IMG/VR virus record: IMGVR_UViG_3300036791_000329
Span: 1-48,289 of that record
Direction: 5' to 3' (one strand)
From: a virus
Taxonomy: Duplodnaviria; Caudoviricetes
DNA length: 48,289 nucleotides
The position numbers and the translations under genes are program-made. Below, piece after piece: positions 25,072-33,772 of the stretch. The notes under the pieces were generated by a model. That model did not search any database and was not told the origin of the DNA. It worked only from the letters and a program-made list of their open reading frames with translations. Each line of letters begins with the position of its first letter. Within the stretch, counting starts at the first letter, position 1.

Positions 25072-26684
25072 TGATGAATCAAAACGCTCAGCAACTTATC
25101 AAGCAGGGCGATTACCTGTTCGGCAAAAAATCGCCAATCCTTAATCTGTGGCAAGAGATTGCCGAGCAATTCTACCCGGAGCGAGCAGACTTTACGGTAT
25201 GCCGTTCACTTGGTGATGAATTTGCTGATCACTTGATGACATCATACCCGGTCATGGCCAGACGCGACCTGGGAAACTCGTTCTCCTCAATGCTTCGCCG
25301 CGATAACTGGTTCAACCTTAAGGCCAGTTACAATGACAATCTCGACCATGAAGGGCGCGTTTGGCTCGATTGGGCACGAGATGTACAGCGTCGTGCTATG
25401 TATGACAAACGCTCGCAGTTCGTCAGGGCAACCAAAGAAGGCGATCACGATTATGCTGCTTTCGGACAATGTGCAATCAGTGTAGAGCTAAACAAGAATG
25501 CTGATGGTTTGCTGTACCGATGCTGGCACCTTAGAGATATGGCCTGGGCTGAAAACGGTGAAGGGGTGATTGATACTGTTCACCGAAAATGGAAACCAAC
25601 CATTCGTGATTTGAAGCAGATATTCGGCGACAGGATTCATCAGAAAATCAAAGATGCTCAGGATAGCGAGCAATATCGCGAAATTGAGTGTCGGCATATC
25701 GTTGTACCTTCTGAGGAATACGGCACCAAATACAAAACACCTTACGTGTCTATTTATCTCGACGTAGAGAATCAGCATGTGATGGAAGAGATTGGCGTAT
25801 ACAACCGCGTCTATGTCATTCCACGCTGGCAGACTGTTGCCGGATCGCAATATGCATACTCCCCAGCGACTATCGTGGCATTGCCTGATGCTCGACTCAT
25901 TCAGTCCATTACTCGCGTCCTGCTGGAGGCTGGAGAAAAAGCGGTCGATCCGCCACTGGTAGCAAGCCGGGAAGTTTTCCGGGATGACTTCAACCTGATG
26001 GCCGGGGGCATTACGTGGGCTGATGTTGAAATGGACACAGACATCCGGAATGTTATTTCTGAATTCGGCAAAAGCTCAAATCTTCCGGCAGGGATAAACA
26101 TTCGCGACGATGTACGTGTAATGATTTCTCAAGCGTTTTATCTCGATAAGCTAACGCTTCCATCGGTCAGAGAGATGACAGCATACGAAGTATCACAGCG
26201 CGTCCAGGAGTACATCAGGCAGGCGTTGCCAATCTTTGCTCCGATTGAATATGAGTACAGTGGCGATCTGTGTGAAATGACATTCGACCTGCTGCTTCGC
26301 GGCGGGGCTTTTGGTTCAGCGATGGACATGCCTCAGTCGTTACGCGGTCAGGAAGTGCAGTTCACGTTCGAAAGCCCGCTACAAGCGGCAATTGGACAGG
26401 AAAAACAAGGGCTCCTGCAAAATACTGCACAAATGCTCGGAATTGCCGCACAAATCGACCCATCCGTTACGGCTGATGTTGATATTCGTTCTGCATTCAG
26501 AGATGCAGTAGAAGGATTTGGTGTTCCCGCAAAATGGATGAGAAGTGAAGAACAGGCTGATCAGATTATTCAGCAACAGCAGCAGCAAGAAGCCATGCAG
26601 CAGGCAACTGAAGAAATTCAGCAGGGTGCTGGCGTTATGCAGAATGTTGCAGCAGCAGCGCAGGCGGCGGAGGCTATTGGATGA
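25071..26684 (+). CDS. portal / head-tail connector (T7/BPP-1 type)
   Basis: WQEIAE.FYPER, PRW....S.Y..SP, VDPPL, EMTA.EV..R; Q-rich tail. Confidence 0.9.
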   Translation: MMNQNAQQLIKQGDYLFGKKSPILNLWQEIAEQFYPERADFTVCRSLGDEFADHLMTSYPVMARRDLGNSFSSMLRRDNWFNLKASYNDNLDHEGRVWLDWARDVQRRAMYDKRSQFVRATKEGDHDYAAFGQCAISVELNKNADGLLYRCWHLRDMAWAENGEGVIDTVHRKWKPTIRDLKQIFGDRIHQKIKDAQDSEQYREIECRHIVVPSEEYGTKYKTPYVSIYLDVENQHVMEEIGVYNRVYVIPRWQTVAGSQYAYSPATIVALPDARLIQSITRVLLEAGEKAVDPPLVASREVFRDDFNLMAGGITWADVEMDTDIRNVISEFGKSSNLPAGINIRDDVRVMISQAFYLDKLTLPSVREMTAYEVSQRVQEYIRQALPIFAPIEYEYSGDLCEMTFDLLLRGGAFGSAMDMPQSLRGQEVQFTFESPLQAAIGQEKQGLLQNTAQMLGIAAQIDPSVTADVDIRSAFRDAVEGFGVPAKWMRSEEQADQIIQQQQQQEAMQQATEEIQQGAGVMQNVAAAAQAAEAIG

Positions 26685-26980
26685 AAAAGCCTTTAGATAT
26701 TCCGCAGCCTTTCGAACCTTATGAGTGGGCAAGCGACTTGCCATTTGTTTACGCGCTTAAAGCATTGCATGAAGGTAAGGCCACAGAAGAGCAGCAGCGG
26801 CTAATACTGGACAAGCTAATGAAGCTAACCGGCTATTACGACCTTAGTTATCGCCCGGACAGCGACCGGAATACCGCGTTTGCTGAGGGAAAGAGGTTTA
26901 TAGGTGCTCAGGTAGTAAAGATGGTTAACCTATCATCAGCAGTGATAGAGCAGTCAAAGCAAAACAAACAGAAAAACTAA
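26681..26980 (+). CDS. Bbp19-like protein
   Basis: TAFAEGKR.IG motif directly after the portal. Confidence 0.7.
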   Translation: MKKPLDIPQPFEPYEWASDLPFVYALKALHEGKATEEQQRLILDKLMKLTGYYDLSYRPDSDRNTAFAEGKRFIGAQVVKMVNLSSAVIEQSKQNKQKN

Positions 26981-27014
26981 CCCGCTACGGCGGGTTTTTT
27001 ATTGAGGAAATTCC

Positions 27015-27953
27015 ATGTTGCACCGAAATATGTTCCTGAAATATTACGCAGAAGCAGAGGAAGGCGGCGATCCTGGCGCGCCATCAGCAACGATTGAACC
27101 GGAGCAGACGGAGCAATCGCAGCCAGTGTCACCCGTAGCAAATTCTCCAGTTGATGAAAAACCTCCTGTAGCCACTGATTTCCCTGAAGACTGGCGCGAT
27201 AAGCTAGCAGGTGATGATGCAAAGTTTCGCAAGCAACTTGAGCGCTACGCCTCACCTAATGCCCTGGCTAAAGCATACAAAGAGCTTCACACAAAAGTTA
27301 GCTCTGGCGAACTGAAGAATAACAAACTGCCAGAAAAACCTACTGATGAAGAGCTTGCAGCATGGCGCAAAGACAATGGTGTCCCGGACAAATCATCCGA
27401 TTATATCAATGACCTGCCATCTGGCGTGGTGCTAGGCGAGCAAGATAAAGCGCGCGTTGATTCGTTCCTTGAAGCGATGCACGGACAGAATGCACCGAAA
27501 GGACTGGTACAGGCTGCCATTGAGTGGAACCAAAAGCAGGTAGAGACAGAAATGCAGGAGCGTTATGAGCGCAATGCAGATTTGCAGGATAAGACAGAGG
27601 AAGAGTTACGAGCAGAATGGGGCGGTGAGTATAAGCGCAACCTAAATATGGTTAATGGACTCATCTCCACCCTGCCTGAAGATGCCCGTGAATTCATCTC
27701 TGCAGCTACCGGGCCTGACGGAACCGCATTATTTAACAACGCAAATGTTGTCAGGTGGATGGTAGACCTTGCTCGGCAAGTTAATCCAGCTGGTACTGTT
27801 GTTCCTGGTGCGACAAATATCAGCGCCGTCGATAACGAAATTGAACAGATTGAAAAGGTAATGCGTGAAAACCGCAGCGCCTACAACAAAGACGAAAAGA
27901 TGCAGGGACGATACCTGCAGCTACTCGAAGCAAAAGAGCGCTTCAGCGCTTAA
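27015..27953 (+). CDS. capsid scaffolding/assembly protein
   Basis: Acidic flexible N-terminus, LRAEWGGEY..N motif; position before the capsid gene. Confidence 0.75.
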   Translation: MLHRNMFLKYYAEAEEGGDPGAPSATIEPEQTEQSQPVSPVANSPVDEKPPVATDFPEDWRDKLAGDDAKFRKQLERYASPNALAKAYKELHTKVSSGELKNNKLPEKPTDEELAAWRKDNGVPDKSSDYINDLPSGVVLGEQDKARVDSFLEAMHGQNAPKGLVQAAIEWNQKQVETEMQERYERNADLQDKTEEELRAEWGGEYKRNLNMVNGLISTLPEDAREFISAATGPDGTALFNNANVVRWMVDLARQVNPAGTVVPGATNISAVDNEIEQIEKVMRENRSAYNKDEKMQGRYLQLLEAKERFSA

Positions 27954-28090
27954 CCCCTTTCTTATACCGCATACAGCACGGCCCCATTCGCAGACATCTG
28001 GCCCCTCTTTACTGAGGATACCCCGCGATTGTCTGAGGAAAGGATACCCCGTCGGAGCGAAAAAATAATATTCCCGATGGAGATTTAACA

Positions 28091-28927
28091 ATGGCTTCTA
28101 CAGCTTTCCAGACCATGTACCGCAATGAGTTTATTGCGGGATTTGAGCAGAACCAGTCACTGGTTCGTCAGACAACCACCACTGAAGGCGTAATCAAGGG
28201 TAACCAGATTGTATTCCTGGTAGCCGACTCTGGTGGTGCAACCGCAGTAACACGTGGCGTAAACGGCATGATCCCCGCTCGCGCCGACAATCTTAATCAG
28301 TACACAGCAACACTGGTTGAATGGCACGATCTGGTACGAAAGACCAACTACAACGTCTTCGCCAGCCAGGGTGACCAACGTGCAATCATGCACGGTACAA
28401 CTATGGCAGTGCTTAACCGAAAAATTGACCAGGACATCATTGGTGAACTGAGCGCAGCAACTCAGACAACCGGTGCTGCGGCTACCATGTCTCTCGCTCT
28501 GGCAATGAAGGCCAAAGTGATTCTGGGTAACAATGAGGTGCCAGCAGATAACCAACTGTTTGCTCTCATTACTCCAGCGGCGGAAGCATATCTGATGCAG
28601 ACCAAAGAGTTTGCTTCTGTTGACTATGTGAACAACAAGCCGTTCGCAGTGACAGATAGTTCGCTCAAGTCTTTCAACTGGGCCGGTATTACATGGATTG
28701 TTCACCCGAACCTTCCAGGCAAAGGAACCGACTCAGAGACCTGCTTCCTGTATCACCGCAGCGCGATTGGTCATGGCATGGACACCAAAGGTCTGCAGAC
28801 TCCTGTGGGTTATGACGAAGAGCAGGATTACTCATGGGCGCGTGCGTCTGCATATATGGGTGGCAAACTCCTGCAGAACAAAGGCGTAGTTAAAATCATT
28901 CACGACGGCTCAGCATACGCTGCATAA
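28091..28927 (+). CDS. major capsid protein
   Basis: FEQ..S.VR.T, A..RKIDQ.II, F.SVDYV, W.G..WI.H; GGAG RBS; position. Confidence 0.85.
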   Translation: MASTAFQTMYRNEFIAGFEQNQSLVRQTTTTEGVIKGNQIVFLVADSGGATAVTRGVNGMIPARADNLNQYTATLVEWHDLVRKTNYNVFASQGDQRAIMHGTTMAVLNRKIDQDIIGELSAATQTTGAAATMSLALAMKAKVILGNNEVPADNQLFALITPAAEAYLMQTKEFASVDYVNNKPFAVTDSSLKSFNWAGITWIVHPNLPGKGTDSETCFLYHRSAIGHGMDTKGLQTPVGYDEEQDYSWARASAYMGGKLLQNKGVVKIIHDGSAYAA

Positions 28928-28936
28928 GGGGGATTC

Positions 28937-29191
28937 ATGGCTTATTCAACAACTAACCCGCCAGCACTTTTACAAGACCGGGTTATGGGTGGTGGTGCTG
29001 TCTGGTCATACATTTCTGCCGATGCTCGCGCTACCGTAGTTGGGGCAGGTTATTTCACAAACGGCAAAAGCCTGGGTATGAAACTTGGCGACGTAGTTAA
29101 CTGTGTTGTTGACACTACCGGCGTTCTTACCGTGGCCTCTGTGACAACTGTGGCGGCTGGTGGTGCAGTCACCGTAACTGCACTGGCATAA
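28937..29191 (+). CDS. capsid decoration-like protein
   Basis: Small Gly/Ala/Val-rich ORF after the capsid gene, followed by a hairpin at about 29200-29222. Confidence 0.6.
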   Translation: MAYSTTNPPALLQDRVMGGGAVWSYISADARATVVGAGYFTNGKSLGMKLGDVVNCVVDTTGVLTVASVTTVAAGGAVTVTALA

Positions 29192-29233
29192 ATTAAACAA
29201 ATGGCCGCTTCTGCGGCCTTTCAGAGGTTGTAA

Positions 29234-29653
29234 ATGAAAATTCTCGTTCCTAATTTCGAACTGGCTGAATACAAACGTAATATCTGGCGTGTAACAGCGC
29301 TTCACGGGCAGTTGTTCGACCAGTTCAAAGAGCCGGAGACTTGGGCACATGTTGCAGCCAATTTCAAACGTCACGATGAAGTTGAAGTAATCGCAGAGGA
29401 CGGCTCCTTCTTCGCTAAAGGCATAGTACTGAAGGTCACCAAAACATCGGCCTCAGTCCACTTCTTTACTCACGTTAACTTTGAAGAGAAAGTTTCAGAG
29501 CCAGCAGAAGCGGCTGCTTATTCTGCCGAATGGGGAGGCGGTGCGAAGTGGCGTGTGGTTCGCGCATCAGATGGTGAAATCATTGAAAGCCATATCAGTT
29601 CTAAAGAAGAAGCGCAGGCTAAAGCGGACAAGCTAAACGCTGAGGGTGAATAA
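29234..29653 (+). CDS. hypothetical structural-module protein
   Basis: GAGG RBS, operon context. Confidence 0.65.
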   Translation: MKILVPNFELAEYKRNIWRVTALHGQLFDQFKEPETWAHVAANFKRHDEVEVIAEDGSFFAKGIVLKVTKTSASVHFFTHVNFEEKVSEPAEAAAYSAEWGGGAKWRVVRASDGEIIESHISSKEEAQAKADKLNAEGE

Positions 29654-30269
29654 TATGCCTAGCCAGCTCAATGTGTATAACGATGCGTTGCGGCTGGTGG
29701 GTGAGCGCCAGCTTGTTTCACTGGATGAAAACAGGGAACCGCGCAGGCTCCTTGATGCTGTATGGGATGGAGCTGTTGAGTACTGTCTGGAGCAAGGGCA
29801 ATGGAACTTTGCCATTCGTTCACAGCAACTTGATTACTCCCCATCTGTTGAGCCGCCATTCGGTTACAGGCGAGCCTATAACAAGCCAGATGACTATGTC
29901 CGTACAGTCTCCATATCAGCAGATCCTTATTTCAGCGATGGTCTGATGCAATACACAGATGAAGCTGGTTATTGGTTTTGCGATCTGGACATCATCTATC
30001 TGCGATACGTTTCAAAAGATTTGTCGTTCGGCAAGGACACATCGTTGTGGCCGCAGACATTTCGTCACTACGTAGCGGCATACCTTGCCTGGCAAATCGC
30101 CCCGCGAATCAAAAATGATATCGATGTAGATAAGCTTGAAAAACAATATCGTATGAAGAAATCAGATGCGCTTGCTAAAGATGCGCTTCAGGAAGCTGCG
30201 AAACGTATTCCAGATGGTTGCTGGGTACGCTCGCGAAGCGGCGGGTATAGCCGATATTATCGAGACTAG
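29646..30269 (+). CDS. tail tubular protein A / adaptor
   Basis: N.AL..VGE, WNFA, Y..P.D.VR, P..F...VA..LA..IAP pattern. Confidence 0.8.
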   Translation: MNNMPSQLNVYNDALRLVGERQLVSLDENREPRRLLDAVWDGAVEYCLEQGQWNFAIRSQQLDYSPSVEPPFGYRRAYNKPDDYVRTVSISADPYFSDGLMQYTDEAGYWFCDLDIIYLRYVSKDLSFGKDTSLWPQTFRHYVAAYLAWQIAPRIKNDIDVDKLEKQYRMKKSDALAKDALQEAAKRIPDGCWVRSRSGGYSRYYRD

Positions 30270-30277
30270 GAAGAGCC

Positions 30278-32941
30278 ATGCCAAGAAACAACGTCCCATT
30301 GCAGGCATTCAATAGGGGGATTGTTTCCCCTCTGGCATTGGCCCGTACCGATATTGACCGTGTGGCTTTGTCTGCAGAAATTCAAACTAACTGGATGCCT
30401 CGTACGTTAGGGTCGATGATGCTACGTCCGGGTCTCGGATACAAAGGTAGAACAAGAGCAGATCAGAAAGCTAAATTCCTGAAGTTTATTTTCTCAACTA
30501 CCGATACATCGTTAATTGAACTAACTAATGGATTCATGCGCATATGGACGGGTGACTCACTTGTTGCCAGGCCTGCAGTAACAACCACGGTTACAAATGG
30601 GGATTTCACGACCGATTTAACCGGGTGGTCATCTGCAGACGAGACTAGCGCATCATCATCCTGGGTTGTTGGCGGATATATGCAACTTGTTGGTACAGGT
30701 TTCAACGCGGCTATCCGACGACAGGTAGTTTCTGTTTCCTCTGGAAATCTGAATAAGCAGCATGCGCTACGTATTGTTGTTCAGCGTGGTCCAATTACAC
30801 TACGAGTTGGTTCATCTACTGGAGATGACAGTTATATCCGAGAGACAAGTCTAAATACCGGCTCTCACTCTATCGCTTTCACTCCAACTACTGACATATA
30901 TATCGAGATTTCCAGCAGACTAACCTATCCAGTGTTGCTTGATTCAGTGAACATAGATGCCTCTGGCGTAATGGAATTACCAACTCCCTGGCTTGAAGCT
31001 GATCTCCCATTGATTCGGTATGACCAGAGTGGCGATGTGATTTTTGTGGCGTGCAAGGGAAGGCAGCAGCAACGCATTGAACGAAGAAGTAATAGCTCAT
31101 GGTCAGTGGTTGCCTATGAAACAAATAATGGTCCCTTTGCTCTTGAGAATGTCACAGGACTGCGCCTGAAACCCAGCGGAATATCTGGCGCCATAACATT
31201 AACCGCATCCGCTCCCCTATTCAGGAGCACTCATGTTGGTGCGATATTCAGACTTACCTCTACCGGACAAACAGCATCTGCAACGCTTACAGGCGGAGAT
31301 CAGTTTACTGATTACATCAAGGTCACTGGTATTGGTGACTCACGCAAATTCACCATCAACAGAACCAGAATCGGTGCAGGGCCGTGGACTGGAAACCTGA
31401 CACTCCAGCGTTCAGTTAGTGAGCCTGGAGCATGGGTAGATGTCACCACATATGGACTGGACAACGGTACGATCACTTATAACGATGAGTTAGATAATGC
31501 GACCATCTACTATCGAATTGGTATCAAAACTGCTGACTGGACATCAGGTGAGATTAACGTAAGTCTCGCATTCTCAGGCGGAAGCCGCGAGGGTATTGTC
31601 CGGATAACCTCAGTTGCATCAAACGTATCTGCCGGGGCGATTGTTCTCTCTCAGCTTGGAGGAACTGATGCCACTGAAATATGGGCTGAGGGTGACTGGT
31701 CACTCAAGGCTGGATGGCCTACATCGGTAGCATTTTATGAAGGTCGCCTTTGGTGGGCAGGTATCACGAAATTCTGGGGGAGCGTTTCTGATGCCTTCAA
31801 CTCCTTTGATGACACTATCGAAGGTGACTCTGGTCCAATATCAGGTGCTATCGGCTCTGGTCCTGTAGATACTATTAACTGGTTAATGCCCTTGCTGAGG
31901 CTGTTAATCGGTACTCAGGGAGCTGAAGCTTCTCTGCGATCTTCTTCCTTTGATGAACCACTTGCACCGACAAATTTTGGCGTGAAATACCCATCAAACC
32001 AGGGTAGTGCTGGCGTTGCAGCGGTGAAAATTGACAGTTCAGCGATATTTGTGCAGCGCAGTGGAACAAGAGTTTATGAGCTTGCTTATGACTCCGGGAC
32101 ATATGACTACATCAGTACAGATATGACATCACTTTGCCCTGAGATTGGTCAGCCTTCCATAGTTGCTGTTGATGCGCACAGACAGCCAGATACAAGAATC
32201 CATTGCGTAAGAAGTGATGGAAAGGTTGCTATCCAGGTTTATGACAAAGCTGAGAACGTCCGTTGCTGGGTACTTTTTGAAACCAATGGATTGGTTGAAG
32301 AGGTAGTGACACTTCCTGGGGATATTGAGGACAAGGTTTACTATGTGGTAAATCGGAATGGAAAACGCTGCCTTGAACGCTGGGCGCAGGAGTCTGAATG
32401 CCTTGGCGGTCAACTATGTAAGCTAGCTGACTCTCATATAACCTATTCTGGATCTGCTGTGAACACTTTGTCAGGATTGAGCCATCTTGAGGGTGAAACG
32501 GTTGTTGTCTGGGCAGATGGATTCGATGTAGGTGAGCATGTTGTGACATCAGGAACTATCACACTTGACTCTCCAGCCTCTAATATTGTGGCCGGACTTG
32601 GTTACTCTGCACCATACAAGAGCACAAAGTTGGCATATTCATCAGTAATGGGTACGGCACTTACACAGCGTAAGAAAGTGGATCGTGTCGGGTTAATACT
32701 CAATAACACACATGCACAGGGTCTCACATTCGGGCCTGATTTTGACGTAATGGATGATATGCCTCGCGATGAATATGGGGCTTACGTTCCTGACGGAAAA
32801 ATATGGGAAGCTTATGACAGCGATGCAATTGAGTTTCCTGGGGACTGGAATACTGATTCCCGTATATGTTTGATGGCAAAAGCACCACGACCCGTAACAA
32901 TACTAGCGGCAATCATTGGCATAATTACAAATGACAAGTGA
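30278..32941 (+). CDS. tail tubular protein B / nozzle
   Basis: F..G.VSP...RTD, G....RPG, WP..V.FYE.RL, HLEG.TV...DG. Confidence 0.85.
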   Translation: MPRNNVPLQAFNRGIVSPLALARTDIDRVALSAEIQTNWMPRTLGSMMLRPGLGYKGRTRADQKAKFLKFIFSTTDTSLIELTNGFMRIWTGDSLVARPAVTTTVTNGDFTTDLTGWSSADETSASSSWVVGGYMQLVGTGFNAAIRRQVVSVSSGNLNKQHALRIVVQRGPITLRVGSSTGDDSYIRETSLNTGSHSIAFTPTTDIYIEISSRLTYPVLLDSVNIDASGVMELPTPWLEADLPLIRYDQSGDVIFVACKGRQQQRIERRSNSSWSVVAYETNNGPFALENVTGLRLKPSGISGAITLTASAPLFRSTHVGAIFRLTSTGQTASATLTGGDQFTDYIKVTGIGDSRKFTINRTRIGAGPWTGNLTLQRSVSEPGAWVDVTTYGLDNGTITYNDELDNATIYYRIGIKTADWTSGEINVSLAFSGGSREGIVRITSVASNVSAGAIVLSQLGGTDATEIWAEGDWSLKAGWPTSVAFYEGRLWWAGITKFWGSVSDAFNSFDDTIEGDSGPISGAIGSGPVDTINWLMPLLRLLIGTQGAEASLRSSSFDEPLAPTNFGVKYPSNQGSAGVAAVKIDSSAIFVQRSGTRVYELAYDSGTYDYISTDMTSLCPEIGQPSIVAVDAHRQPDTRIHCVRSDGKVAIQVYDKAENVRCWVLFETNGLVEEVVTLPGDIEDKVYYVVNRNGKRCLERWAQESECLGGQLCKLADSHITYSGSAVNTLSGLSHLEGETVVVWADGFDVGEHVVTSGTITLDSPASNIVAGLGYSAPYKSTKLAYSSVMGTALTQRKKVDRVGLILNNTHAQGLTFGPDFDVMDDMPRDEYGAYVPDGKIWEAYDSDAIEFPGDWNTDSRICLMAKAPRPVTILAAIIGIITNDK

Positions 32942-33311
32942 AATCAGAAGGGCTACAGCTAACGATGTAGCCCTTTTTTATGGGGTCGATAACACGCCAA
33001 AGGCATCACTGAGAGGAGTGGTTATTGCAGTTGATGGTGAAATTCTTGGCATTGGTGGGGTATCCATGAGTATTGGTGGACCAGTTGCCTTTATGAATAT
33101 TAAACCTGAAGCGGTGGCTCATCCTTTGATGATAATGAAAGCATCACGATGGATGATAACTAACGTTTTCAGTTTATTCAGGTGCCCAATCTATGCATTC
33201 AGGGATACAAGCCTTGAAAGCTCTGGCCGATATCTGAAAAGAATGGGATTTAACAAAATCGACGAGAATAGCGAGGTATACATATGGCGGCCGCAATCCC
33301 ATTCATCATGA
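32931..33311 (+). CDS. T7 gp13-like / GNAT-like virion assembly protein
   Basis: IRRAT..D start, S.RYLKRMGF end; position after nozzle. Confidence 0.6.
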   Translation: MTSEIRRATANDVALFYGVDNTPKASLRGVVIAVDGEILGIGGVSMSIGGPVAFMNIKPEAVAHPLMIMKASRWMITNVFSLFRCPIYAFRDTSLESSGRYLKRMGFNKIDENSEVYIWRPQSHSS

Positions 33312-33754
33312 TGGCTGGGACTGTCGTTGGTGCAGCAGGGCAAGCGCAGCAGGGTGAGCAAGCAAAACTACAGGCGCAGTCTGAGGCAAATCAATTACAG
33401 TCCCAGGCAAAAAATGAACAAGCAGCTTCTCAATTGCAGGCAATGGAAGACCGCAGGCAATCAAGGATAGCTCAGTCCAGAGCACAAGCCGTTTCTGCTG
33501 CATCAGGCGCAGATCCCACTTCTACTTCATTCGTCAGAAATATCAGTGATATCGAGGGGCAAGGGGAACTAAATGCCCTGACATCTCTTTGGAATGGCGA
33601 TGAGAAGGCCCGACAACTTCGCAATCAGGCATCGGCTACGAGGGTGTCGGGTAGCCAGGCGGCAAAAGCTGCAAACATTGGCGCGATGTCTTCGCTTCTG
33701 CAAAGCGGTGGTTCTCTTTATTCGAAATATGGCGGTAAGCCAACATCAGCTTAA
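33284..33754 (+). CDS. internal virion (ejection) protein
   Basis: Hydrophobic N-terminus, Ala/Gln-rich, AASG motif. Confidence 0.7.
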   Translation: MAAAIPFIMMAGTVVGAAGQAQQGEQAKLQAQSEANQLQSQAKNEQAASQLQAMEDRRQSRIAQSRAQAVSAASGADPTSTSFVRNISDIEGQGELNALTSLWNGDEKARQLRNQASATRVSGSQAAKAANIGAMSSLLQSGGSLYSKYGGKPTSA

Positions 33755-33772
33755 CTTAGCAGGGGATAAAAA

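Noticed and set aside
26569-26590. CAG/poly-Gln repeat as a variable locus
   Set aside because: Short, mixed codons, and typical of portal C-termini.
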